Shown in pieces: positions 38,392-47,267 of a stretch of DNA of 52,414 bases. Numbering within the stretch: position 1 is the first letter of the stretch; each line of letters begins with the position of its first letter. A model generated the notes under the pieces. The model was not told where the DNA came from, did not search any database, and saw only the letters and a program-made list of their open reading frames with translations. Both the position numbers and the translations under genes were made by a program. The DNA is from Burkholderiaceae bacterium (GTDB lineage Bacteria; Pseudomonadota; Gammaproteobacteria; Burkholderiales; Burkholderiaceae_E), in contig JBIKMO010000001.1 in NCBI GenBank assembly GCA_044359175.1, forward strand, positions 1 through 52,414, written 5' to 3'.

Positions 38392-39402
38392 ATGATCCGT
38401 TCTGAATTCCGGGTCCGCAGCGGACCCGCGCCGGTGCGGCGCCGCGTGGCGAAGCTGGCCGCCCTCACCTTGCTCACCGCCGCACCGTGGGCCGCGGCGC
38501 AGGAGGTCGGGTATCCGACCAAGCCGATCCGCTTCGTCGTGCCGTACCCGCCCGGCGGCGGCAACGACGACGTCGCGCGGCTCCTCTCGGGCCGCCTCGG
38601 CGACGAACTCGGGCAGCGGGTGGTCGTCGAGAACCGCCCCGGGGCCTCGGGGATGATCGCGGGCGAGCATGTCGCGCGATCGGCACCCGACGGATACACG
38701 ATCATGATCGACCACGCGGGGATCGTGATGAACCCGGCGCTCTTTCGCAAACCCCTGATCGACGTGCAGCGGGACCTCGCACCGGTCACGCTCGCGGTGA
38801 CGCTCGGCAGCACGTTGCTGGTCCACCCGTCGGTGCCGGCGAACAACGTCGCCGAGCTGATCGCGCTGGCCAAGGCGCAGCCCGGGCGGCTCAACTACGC
38901 CTCGCCGGGCAACGGGTCGCCGCAGCACCTGGACATGGAGTTGTTCAAGCGGATGGCCGGGGTCGACATCGTCCACGTGCCCTACAAGGGCGGCGCCCCG
39001 GCGACGGTGGCGGTCCTCGCCAACGAGGTGCAGATGATCTTCAGCGGCACCACCGGTCTGCCGCACGTGAAGTCGGGCAAGCTGCGGGCGATCGCGACCA
39101 CCGGGCTGAGGCGCTCGAGCGTGCTGCCGGAGGTGCCGACGGTCGACGAGTCCGGCCTGAAGGGCTACTCGAGCGTCAACTGGCTGGGTATCTTCGCGCC
39201 CTCGCAGACGCCCCGGCCGATCATCGACCGGCTGAACGCGGCGTTCGTGAAGGTGCTGCAGGTGCCCGAGGTGCGGGCCGATCTGGCGTCGCGGAACTTC
39301 GACGTCGTCGCAAGCAGTCCGGAGGCGTTCGGCAGGGCGATCCAGGACGACGCCACTCGATACGGAGCGGTGATCCGCGAGTTCGGCATCAAGCTGGACT
39401 AG
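38392..39402 (+). CDS. Bug-family (TctC-like) substrate-binding protein
   Basis: Contains YPTKPIRFVVPYPPGGGNDDVARLLSGRLGDELGQRVVVENRPGASG and APDGYTIM. A GGAGGAG RBS favours ATG 38392 over ATG 38371. Confidence 0.9.
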   Translation: MIRSEFRVRSGPAPVRRRVAKLAALTLLTAAPWAAAQEVGYPTKPIRFVVPYPPGGGNDDVARLLSGRLGDELGQRVVVENRPGASGMIAGEHVARSAPDGYTIMIDHAGIVMNPALFRKPLIDVQRDLAPVTLAVTLGSTLLVHPSVPANNVAELIALAKAQPGRLNYASPGNGSPQHLDMELFKRMAGVDIVHVPYKGGAPATVAVLANEVQMIFSGTTGLPHVKSGKLRAIATTGLRRSSVLPEVPTVDESGLKGYSSVNWLGIFAPSQTPRPIIDRLNAAFVKVLQVPEVRADLASRNFDVVASSPEAFGRAIQDDATRYGAVIREFGIKLD

Positions 39403-39468
39403 AGGCGGCCGAACAGCGGTGCGGGGCGGCGGGCGGACCCCGCCTTGCGCAACGAAGCGAGGTGGGGA

Positions 39469-40515
39469 GTGAAGCTCGGAGACCGGTTCTGGCTGCGCGG
39501 CGCCTTCGACAAGGAGAGTCTCGCCTACATCCGACAGCTCGGTGCGGACGGTGCGACGATCAACATCGCGGGCGAGCTCAAGGGCAACGTCGAAGGCACG
39601 CGGGTGGTGTCCGATGCGCTGACCGAGCGGTTGCGAAGCGGCCCGTCCTGGGCGGTCGACGACCTGGTCGAGCTGCGCCGTGCGGTCGAGGCGTTCGGGC
39701 TCGAGCTGTTCGCGATCGGTCACGTGCCGCCGCATCGGTTCCGCAAGGCGTTGCTCGGACTGCCCGGCCGGGACGAGGAGATCGAGCACTGGTGCAGCTC
39801 GCTGCGCGCGATGGGTCAGGCCGGCATACCGATCCTGCAGTACGTCTGGCACCTGAACGACGGCGCGCGCGTGCTGAACTGGCACACGTCGACGGACATC
39901 CCGATCCGCGGCGGCGCACGTGGCGAAGGTTTCGACTACGCGGTGGCGCGCGCCGCACCGCTCACCGAGCTTGGGGTGGTCGAAGACGCGCAGCTCTGGG
40001 AGAGCCTCGAGTACTTCCTGAAGGCGGTCGTTCCGGTGGCCGAGGCGTCGGGCGTGCGGATGGCCATGCATCCGGCCGACCCGCAGGTCCCTTCGCTCGC
40101 CGGGATCGCCCGGATCATGCGCAGCCCCGCAGCCTTCGATCGGATGCTGGACATCATCCCCAGTCGGGCCAACGCGATCAACTTCTGCCAGGGGTGCTTC
40201 ACGCAGATGCTGGAGCCGCCCGACGTGTACCGGGCGATCGCCCATTTCGGCGCCCGGGACGCGATCGCGTTCGTTCACTTCCGCAACGTGGTCGGCAACA
40301 GCGAGAAATTCAGCGAGAGCTTCTGGGACGAAGGCAAGCTCGACATGGTCGAGGCGATTCGTGCGTATCGGGCCGCCGGCTTCCGCGGCTTCCTCACGCC
40401 CGACCACCATCCGCACGTGATCGACGACACGGTATGGGGCCACCGCAGCCGCGGGTTCGCGCTCGGCTACATGCGCGGGCTGGTGCAGAGCGCCGCTGCG
40501 ATGCGCTCGGGCTGA
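39469..40515 (+). CDS. uxuA: mannonate dehydratase family protein (UxuA-like)
   Basis: YFLKAVVPVAEASGVRMAMHPADP...LAGIARI...FGARDAIAFVHFRN...GKLDMVEAIRAY...TPDHHPH aligns by eye with E. coli UxuA ([24 protein letters not shown]...THLR...VDMYEV...RPDHGH). GTG 39469 with a GAGGTGGGG RBS is used. TTG 39445 is an alternative. Confidence 0.75.
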   Translation: MKLGDRFWLRGAFDKESLAYIRQLGADGATINIAGELKGNVEGTRVVSDALTERLRSGPSWAVDDLVELRRAVEAFGLELFAIGHVPPHRFRKALLGLPGRDEEIEHWCSSLRAMGQAGIPILQYVWHLNDGARVLNWHTSTDIPIRGGARGEGFDYAVARAAPLTELGVVEDAQLWESLEYFLKAVVPVAEASGVRMAMHPADPQVPSLAGIARIMRSPAAFDRMLDIIPSRANAINFCQGCFTQMLEPPDVYRAIAHFGARDAIAFVHFRNVVGNSEKFSESFWDEGKLDMVEAIRAYRAAGFRGFLTPDHHPHVIDDTVWGHRSRGFALGYMRGLVQSAAAMRSG

Positions 40516-40684
40516 GCGTCTGACGGCCTAGGGGCTGCGCGCCCGCGTTCGCCCGTCGGACGCCGATGTGCGGCATCATGGAAGGCCGACGTCAGGGGAG
40601 CGCCGAGATGCCTGCCAACCCGATCGCCCCGATCGTTTCCCCGGACGGCGAGCGGGTCGCCCCCATCCGTCCTCGGAGCCGCCC

Positions 40685-42388
40685 GTGGCCGATCGCGACG
40701 ACGCACACGCCACGCTGATCCTTCACGGCGGCACGGTGCACGCGCTGGGCGCCAGCGAGCGTGCGGCGCAGGCGATCGCGGTCGGCGCGGGGCGCGTGCT
40801 CGAGGTGGGCGACGACGCGGCGGTGCTCGCGCGCCGCGCGCCCGGCACGCGGGTCGTCGACCTCGCCGGCCGCTGCGTGGTGCCCGGCTTCTTCGACGCG
40901 CATCCGCACCTGGACCGGCTCGGTCTGCGCTCGCGCGCCGGGGTGCCGATCGGCCACTGCACGTCGGTCGCCGAGATCGTCGAGGTCGTGCGCGAGGCGG
41001 CCGCGCGCACGCCGCCCGGCGAGTGGATCGTGCTGCGGCCGATGGGCGCGCCGCCCGACGGCTACCTGAGCCATCCGTCGCAGCTCGCCGAGGGTCGCTT
41101 CCCGGATCGCCACGACCTGGACCGGGCCGCACCCGGGCACCCGGTCTTCATCCGTGCGCCCTGGGGCTGGTGGACTCGGCTGCCGCTGCCGGCGGTCGCG
41201 AACTCGCGTGCGCTCGCGGCGGCCGGCGTCGACCGCGCCACGCCCGCCCCGCACAAGGTCGAGATCGTCCGCGACGCCGCCGGCGAGCCGACCGGGGTGT
41301 TCCTCGAGCGCAACCGCGCGCCGACGCTGGAGGCGCTGCTGTTCGCGTGCGTGCCGCGATTCTCGTTCGAAGACCGGCTCGAGGGGCTGCGGGTCGGTGC
41401 GCGGCTGTCGGTCGCGGCCGGGACCACCGCGGCGTTCGAGGGTCACGGCCTGACGCCCGCGGTGCTGGACGCGTACCGCCAGCTCGCCGCCGAGGGCGAG
41501 CTGCCGCTGCGGATGCTGGCCGCGCTCAGCGTACCGAGCGCTGCCTACGGCGACGCGGCGATCGTCTCGCAGCTGGGCACCTGGGCGCCGCGGATCGCGC
41601 ACCGCGGCCGCGCAACCGGTCGGTGGGTCGAGGCGGGCGCGTGCCTGGACGTCGCTGATCCGCAGGTGGCTTGCGCACTGGCCCGCGCTCACCCCTACGA
41701 AGGCTGGGCCGGCCACTTCGTGCAGGCGCTGCCCAACGAGCGGCTGGTGACGCTGGGCGTCGCGTGCGCGCGGCTCGGCGTTCGGGTGTCGGTGCTGGTC
41801 TGCTACGAGCTCGAGCGCGTGCTCGAGGCGTTGGAGGCGATCGACGCGCAGGTGCCGCTCGCCGGTCGGCGCTGGGTCGCGGTGCACGTGGTCGCGGCCA
41901 CGCCCGAGCAGATCGCGCGGATGCGCCGGCTCGGCCTGCTGGCCACGGTTGCGCCGACCTTCATGCATCACGCGACCGACCGCTTCGGCCTGCACGCGCT
42001 GGGTGCGGCGGGCACGCCGATCCGTGCGCTGCTGGACGGCGGCGTGCCGGTGGCGCTGTCGACCGACGGCGTGCCGCACTCGATGCCGTTCGCGCTCTGG
42101 CAGGCGCTTGCGCGGCGCGACGCCGACACCGGCGACACGCTCGGCGACGCCGGTCTGTCGCGCCGCGAGGCGCTGCAGCTGGCGACGGTCGCCGGCCACG
42201 AGCTCACCTGGGACGAGGCGCGTCGCGGCCCGCTCGAGCCGGGACGCGACGCGGATCTCGTGGTCCTCGAGGGCGATCCGCTCGCCTGTCCGCTCGATGC
42301 GCTGCCGACGCTCGCGGTGGCGATGGCGGTGGTCGGCGGGGACGTGGTGCATGAGCGCGGCCGCGACCCGGTGCCCGAGCTGCCCTGA
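40685..42388 (+). CDS. amidohydrolase (amidohydrolase_3 / metal-dependent TIM-barrel hydrolase)
   Basis: Contains LILHGGTVHAL...VVPGFFDAHPHLD...ALSTDG...ADLVVLEGDPL. GTG 40685 with an upstream GGAG is preferred over GTG 40568. Confidence 0.8.
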   Translation: MADRDDAHATLILHGGTVHALGASERAAQAIAVGAGRVLEVGDDAAVLARRAPGTRVVDLAGRCVVPGFFDAHPHLDRLGLRSRAGVPIGHCTSVAEIVEVVREAAARTPPGEWIVLRPMGAPPDGYLSHPSQLAEGRFPDRHDLDRAAPGHPVFIRAPWGWWTRLPLPAVANSRALAAAGVDRATPAPHKVEIVRDAAGEPTGVFLERNRAPTLEALLFACVPRFSFEDRLEGLRVGARLSVAAGTTAAFEGHGLTPAVLDAYRQLAAEGELPLRMLAALSVPSAAYGDAAIVSQLGTWAPRIAHRGRATGRWVEAGACLDVADPQVACALARAHPYEGWAGHFVQALPNERLVTLGVACARLGVRVSVLVCYELERVLEALEAIDAQVPLAGRRWVAVHVVAATPEQIARMRRLGLLATVAPTFMHHATDRFGLHALGAAGTPIRALLDGGVPVALSTDGVPHSMPFALWQALARRDADTGDTLGDAGLSRREALQLATVAGHELTWDEARRGPLEPGRDADLVVLEGDPLACPLDALPTLAVAMAVVGGDVVHERGRDPVPELP

Positions 42389-42413
42389 ATCGATCCGAGC
42401 GACCGGAGGCGCC

Positions 42414-43676
42414 ATGGCTTTCGAGGACGACCGCGGGCTGCCGCTCGCCACCGGCTCGCGCGAGGCGCGCGATGCGTACTGCGACGGCGTCGCACGGCTG
42501 CTGTGCGCACGACCCGGCATCGAGGTCGCGCTGCAGGCGGCGGTTGCGGCCGATCCGGGTTTCTCGCTCGCGCACGCCGCGCTCGCGCGGGCGCACCAGG
42601 CCCACGGTCGCGGCGCGGCGGCGCGCGAGGCGATCGCGGTCGCGCGCGCGTGCGACGCGGCCTCCGAGCGCGAGCGCTCGCACGTGCATGCGCTCGATCG
42701 CGTGGTCACGGGCGACGCCGGTGGCGCGCTCGCGGCGATCGTCGCGCACCTCGGGCGCTGGCCGCGCGACGTGCTGGTGATGGCGCCGTGCACCGGGGTG
42801 TTCGGCCTGTTCGGTTTCTCGGGCCGCGAGGGCCGCGAGCGCGCGCTGCGCGAGTTCATCGAGCCGTTCGCGCCCGCACTGGGCGACGACGGCTGGTACC
42901 TTGCCAGTCGGGCGTTCGCGCGCTGCGAGACCGGGGCGCTCGCGGCGGCACGTGCCGACGTCGAGCGCGCGCTCGTGCTCGAGCCGCACAGCGCCCACGC
43001 CGCGCACGTGCATGCGCACGTGGGCTACGAGGAGGCCGAGGATGCGGCGGTGCTCGCCTGGCTGCGCGACTGGCTGACGGACTATCCGCGCGCCGGGATG
43101 ATGCACGGCCACCTGCACTGGCACCTCGCGCTCTCGGCGCTCGCGGTCGGCGACCTCGCGGACGCCCGCGCGACCTACGCGGCGGCGATCGCCCCCACGG
43201 CGTCGTGGGGGCCGCCGCTGAACCGGGTGACCGACACCACGTCGTTCATGCTGCGCGCGGCACTGTGCGGCGATCCGGTCGCGCCCGCGGTCTGGCGCGA
43301 GCTCGCCGAGGTGGCGCGCGGCACGTATCCGCAGCCCGGGGTCGCGTTCGCGGACGCTCATGTCGCGCTGGCGCTCGCGATGGCGGGCGAACACGCGGCA
43401 CTCGCCGGAGTGCGCGAGCGGGCGAGCGGCCCGGCCGCGGACGTGGTGGTCGCGCTGATCGATGCGTTCGTCGCGTTCGTCCGCGGCGACGACGCCGGCA
43501 CGCTGCGTGCGCTCGAACCGGTGCTGCCGCGCCACGAGCGCATCGGCGGCAGCCGCGCGCAGCGCGACCTGATCGAGCAGCTCGCCTGGGTGGCGATGCG
43601 GCGCGGCGGGCTCGACGTCGGATGGCGTCCGCGCGCCGGGCGTCCGATGCCACCCGGGCTGCGCGCGCCGACCTGA
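42414..43676 (+). CDS. TTC38-like tetratricopeptide-repeat protein
   Basis: The N-terminus DDRGLPLATGSREARDAYCDGVARLL...AVAADPGFSLAHAALA, plus the HGHLHWHLAL motif, is typical of the bacterial TTC38 family from memory. A GGAGG RBS precedes ATG 42414. Confidence 0.65.
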   Translation: MAFEDDRGLPLATGSREARDAYCDGVARLLCARPGIEVALQAAVAADPGFSLAHAALARAHQAHGRGAAAREAIAVARACDAASERERSHVHALDRVVTGDAGGALAAIVAHLGRWPRDVLVMAPCTGVFGLFGFSGREGRERALREFIEPFAPALGDDGWYLASRAFARCETGALAAARADVERALVLEPHSAHAAHVHAHVGYEEAEDAAVLAWLRDWLTDYPRAGMMHGHLHWHLALSALAVGDLADARATYAAAIAPTASWGPPLNRVTDTTSFMLRAALCGDPVAPAVWRELAEVARGTYPQPGVAFADAHVALALAMAGEHAALAGVRERASGPAADVVVALIDAFVAFVRGDDAGTLRALEPVLPRHERIGGSRAQRDLIEQLAWVAMRRGGLDVGWRPRAGRPMPPGLRAPT

Positions 43677-43689
43677 GGCGCGCGCAGTG

Positions 43690-43722
43690 CCGCCGGGCGG
43701 TGCGGGACGCACCGCCCGGCGG
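43690..43722 (+). terminator. strong GC hairpin (15-bp perfect stem, 3-nt loop GGA) after the TTC38-like gene
   Basis: CCGCCGGGCGGTGCG GGA CGCACCGCCCGGCGG, read directly, 14 nt after the stop. No U-tract follows, so it may be a terminator or an RNA-stability element. Confidence 0.5.
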
Positions 43723-43816
43723 GCCCCTGCGGTACCGCCCGATCCTCGGCACCGCCCCCGGTTCTGGCGGGCGGCGGGCGGGCGCAGGCAGAATCACGGG
43801 CAGTCGATCCGTCGCC

Positions 43817-44830
43817 ATGTCCGCCGCGCCGCTGACCCACCACGAGATCCTCGCGATCGTCGCGCCGTTCGCGCGCCGCGGCCTGCGCGTGGACCTCGGT
43901 GCGAGCGACCGCTTCGCCCGGCGCATCGCGTTCCGTGACGCCGAGCGCCCGGCGGACGACGCGCGCGGTCTGCCGGCGCTGCGCGAGTCCCTCGCGCTCG
44001 AGCCGCGCGATGCGGGCGGCTGGCGGCTGGTGCGCACGCTCGCGTGCGCCGACGGGCCGGCGTCCATGCTGACCCTGGCCGGTGCGCCGCCCGACGGGCT
44101 GCTCGCCGCGCTCGAGGCGGTCGACCTCCGGCGTCAGCTCGAGGCCGGGCCGGGCTGGGTGCTGGCGATCGACCAGCGGCTGGAGCTCGCGAGCGGCGCG
44201 TTCGATCCCTCGCACCCCGCGTCGGCGGGGGCCGCGCTGGTGCCGACCCGCGGCGTCGTGCGCACCCACGGCGTCGAGCTGACCATGACGATCCCGACCG
44301 TGAGCGGGATCTCGGCGGACATCGCGATCGCGGTCGGCGAGGGCGACCCGATCGAGCTGCCGGACGACCTGCTCGCAGTGCTCGGACGCGCGTGGGGACG
44401 GCTCGACCGCCGCGGCCGGGGCTGGAGCAGTCATGTCGGACTCTCCGGCAGTGGCGCGGCCCGGCTGCGCGACGCCGAGGCGCGGCTGCGCACGATGGCC
44501 GTGCACCTCGCGCACACGCTGTCCGAACCGCCGGCCCGCTACCACGAGCGGCTGCGTGCCGCGCGCTGGCGCACCGCCGCGCGGCGCACGGTGCCGCTGC
44601 TCGCGTGTCTCGGGCTGATCGCCGCCGCGGGTTCGGTGCCGAGCCTGGGCATCGCACGCGAGTCGCCGATCTGGATGCTGATCTTCAACGCGCCGCCGCT
44701 GCTGCTGGTCGCCTTCTTCTGTCTGCGCGAGATGCCGCGCATCGAGCTGCCGCGGATGCCGCGCGCACCCGCGGCGCCCTCGTGGCGCCCCGCGCCGCAG
44801 GACGGCGCGCCCGTGCGCCCGTCGGCCTGA
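43817..44830 (+). CDS. hypothetical protein, C-terminally membrane-anchored (two predicted TM helices)
   Basis: 337 aa with high GC3. I recognise no motif. The C-terminus has VPLLACLGLIAAAGSVPSLGI and IWMLIFNAPPLLLVAFFCL. Its stop lies inside the GAGG RBS of the next gene. Confidence 0.7.
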   Translation: MSAAPLTHHEILAIVAPFARRGLRVDLGASDRFARRIAFRDAERPADDARGLPALRESLALEPRDAGGWRLVRTLACADGPASMLTLAGAPPDGLLAALEAVDLRRQLEAGPGWVLAIDQRLELASGAFDPSHPASAGAALVPTRGVVRTHGVELTMTIPTVSGISADIAIAVGEGDPIELPDDLLAVLGRAWGRLDRRGRGWSSHVGLSGSGAARLRDAEARLRTMAVHLAHTLSEPPARYHERLRAARWRTAARRTVPLLACLGLIAAAGSVPSLGIARESPIWMLIFNAPPLLLVAFFCLREMPRIELPRMPRAPAAPSWRPAPQDGAPVRPSA

Positions 44831-44840
44831 GGCGCACGCG

Positions 44841-45944
44841 ATGACCGCCGACCCGATGAACGTGCCGCCGGTCTCGATCGCCACGGCCAAGGCCGCGCTG
44901 ATCGAGCAGTTCGCCGACCCGGTGCTGCGCCGGCGCGCGACGATGCTCTGGGGTACCCGCGGGGTGGGCAAGTCCTCGATCGTGCGCCAGCTCGCCGAAC
45001 GCTTCGGCGTGCCGCTGGTCGACCTGCGCCTCACCACGATCGAACCGGTGGACCTGCGCGGGGCGATCTACGCCGACGACACGCAGCGGCGCACCGTCTG
45101 GTTCCCGCCCGAGTTCCTGCCGACCGACGACCTGCCCGAGGGCATTCTGTTCCTGGACGAGCTCACCGCCGCGGACCAGCGGCTGCAGATCTCGGCGTAC
45201 TCGCTGATCCTGGATCGGCGGGTCGGCCGCTACCGTCTGCCCGACGGCTGGATGGTGGTCGCCGCGGGCAACGCGAGCAGCCACGGCGCGGTCAGCCACG
45301 AGATGGGCACCGCGCTCGCCGACCGGATGTTCCACTTCAACGTGCGCACCTCGATCGACGCGTTCCTCGCCTACGCGATCGAGCACGGCTTCGCACCCGA
45401 GGTGATGGCCTACCTGCGCGTGCGTCCCGACCGGCTGGACGACACCGCGGCCCAGCTCGCCGCCGATCACCTGGTGGGCGCGAGTCCGCGCGGCTGGGAG
45501 GACGTGTCCGCCGTGCTCCGGTCCGGGCTCACCGAGGCCGGCAAGCGCGCGTTCGTGCAGGGCCGCATCGGAGCAGCGAACGCCGCGGAGTTCTTCGGCG
45601 TGCTGCGCGAGCTCGCCGCGGCGGTCGACGTCACGAGGCTGCTCGCCGCCGCCCCGGGGCCGCAGACCGCGGCGCTGCTGCCGCGCACGCTGGATGCGCT
45701 GTACGGCATGGTCTACGGCCTGCTCGCGGCGGCGACCGACGCGCCCGCGATGGCGCGCGCGCTGCAGATCGTCGACCAGCTGCCGGACGCGGCGACGCGC
45801 GAGCCGCTGCCGGTGCGCGAGGCGCAGACGCTGTCGATGGAGCTGCTGATGCAGCGCGCGCTCGAGCGGGGTCTGGAGACCGCGATCCTCGACAGTCCGG
45901 CGTACCAGCGGCACCTCGACCGGCGGGCGGGCCGCACCCCGTGA
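44841..45944 (+). CDS. MoxR-like AAA+ ATPase
   Basis: Walker A GTRGVGKSS, Walker B ILFLDELTAAD, sensor-1-like VVAAGN, and the ALADRMFHF region. Confidence 0.85.
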   Translation: MTADPMNVPPVSIATAKAALIEQFADPVLRRRATMLWGTRGVGKSSIVRQLAERFGVPLVDLRLTTIEPVDLRGAIYADDTQRRTVWFPPEFLPTDDLPEGILFLDELTAADQRLQISAYSLILDRRVGRYRLPDGWMVVAAGNASSHGAVSHEMGTALADRMFHFNVRTSIDAFLAYAIEHGFAPEVMAYLRVRPDRLDDTAAQLAADHLVGASPRGWEDVSAVLRSGLTEAGKRAFVQGRIGAANAAEFFGVLRELAAAVDVTRLLAAAPGPQTAALLPRTLDALYGMVYGLLAAATDAPAMARALQIVDQLPDAATREPLPVREAQTLSMELLMQRALERGLETAILDSPAYQRHLDRRAGRTP

Positions 45945-47206
45945 GCGAGGCCGCGCCCGCGCTCGCGATCCATCGCGCGAGCCGCGCGGTCGAACGGATG
46001 GTCGAGCACGCACCGGCCACCGGCGGGCTCGCACTGTGGCTGCGCCACGTCGAGGCGCCCGAGGGCGATGCGGCGCCGCCGGCGTCCACCGACGGCCACG
46101 TGATCGCGTACGCGCCGTCGTTCGACGCGCTGCCGCTGCCCGAGCAGGCCGGCTGGGTCGCGCACCAGGTGCTGCATGTCGCGCTGCGCCACCCGCAGCG
46201 CCTGACCGAGCTGCGCGAACGGATCGGCGACGTCGACGCCCGGCTGTTCTGCACCTGCGCGGACGCGATCGTCAACTCGGCGCTCGGCCACCTGGCGTGG
46301 CTGCGGCTGGCGCCGGGTGCGCCGACGCTGGAGGCGCTGCTGGTGACCACGCTGGCGCTCCATCAGGACGTCGGCCGCTCGCTGCTCGAGTGGGACGTGG
46401 AGCGCCTGTATCGCACGATCGACGATCGGCTGCCGCCGAGCGACGGCCGGCCGCGCCGCGACGGTCCGCGCGCGGCGCGGGTGCGAGCGCTCGGCGCCGG
46501 CACACCGATCGACCTGCGCCGCTGCGACGATGCGCGCGACGCGCCCGAGGCGCGCGCCGAGCAGGCCCGCGACTGGGCCGAGCGACTGGTCCGCGCACAC
46601 GCCGGCGACGGCGCGCACTCGATGCTGCGCACGCTGCTCGCCGACCTGCCGCGATCGCGCACGCCCTGGGAGCAGGCGCTGCGGGTTCGGCTGGCGCGCG
46701 CGCTCGCCAGCCGCCCCGAGCCGTCCTGGTCGCGGCCCTCGCGCTCGTGGCTCGCCAACCGGGGCCGGGCCGGGCCCGGGCGTCGGCTGCCCTGGGAGCC
46801 GGGCTGGGTGTCGAGCCGACGCGTACCGCGTCTCGCGCTCGTGGTCGACGTCTCGGGTTCGATCGACGACGCGCTGCTCGGGCGCTTCGCCCGCGAGATC
46901 GATTCGATCACGCGGCGCGCCGAGGCGGGGCTGGTGCTTGTGATCGGCGACGACCGGGTGCGGCGGGTCGAGCACCGCGCGCCCGGCGACAGCGGCCTGC
47001 GCGAGCTGGCTCTGCAGGGCGGTGGCGGCACCGACTTCACGCCGCTGCTGGAGGAGGCCGATACGCACCGGCCGGACGTCGGCATCGTGCTCACCGACCT
47101 CGAGGGCCCCGCGCGCTTCCGGCCGCGCTGGCCGCTGACCTGGGCGGTGCCGGCCTCGCATGCGCGCGTGACCGCGCCGTTCGGGCGGCTGCTGGTGCTC
47201 GACTGA
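45941..47206 (+). CDS. putative metallopeptidase-like domain + VWA-like domain protein (COG3864 / DUF2201-type)
   Basis: The N-terminal region carries HQVLHVALRH where this family has HExxH. The C-terminal VWA has MIDAS-like VVDVSGSI, GGGGTDFTP and VLTDLEG. GTG 45941 overlaps the ATPase stop (GTGA). Confidence 0.8.
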   Translation: MSEAAPALAIHRASRAVERMVEHAPATGGLALWLRHVEAPEGDAAPPASTDGHVIAYAPSFDALPLPEQAGWVAHQVLHVALRHPQRLTELRERIGDVDARLFCTCADAIVNSALGHLAWLRLAPGAPTLEALLVTTLALHQDVGRSLLEWDVERLYRTIDDRLPPSDGRPRRDGPRAARVRALGAGTPIDLRRCDDARDAPEARAEQARDWAERLVRAHAGDGAHSMLRTLLADLPRSRTPWEQALRVRLARALASRPEPSWSRPSRSWLANRGRAGPGRRLPWEPGWVSSRRVPRLALVVDVSGSIDDALLGRFAREIDSITRRAEAGLVLVIGDDRVRRVEHRAPGDSGLRELALQGGGGTDFTPLLEEADTHRPDVGIVLTDLEGPARFRPRWPLTWAVPASHARVTAPFGRLLVLD

Positions 47207-47267
47207 GTCACCGTCCTCGCGCTCGGGCGCGCGCGCGCACGATCCGCGCGTCGCGGCGCCCGTCCGG

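Noticed and set aside
37120-40443. 1107-aa minus-strand ORF antisense to the Ldh2/Bug/UxuA-like genes. The same applies to 28342-31110, 9741-11537, 6381-8309, 17063-19012, 42204-43712, 43358-45037 and 45713-47161.
   Set aside because: All are antisense to genes with strong domain evidence. All have Arg/Pro/His-rich compositions and lack any recognisable motif.
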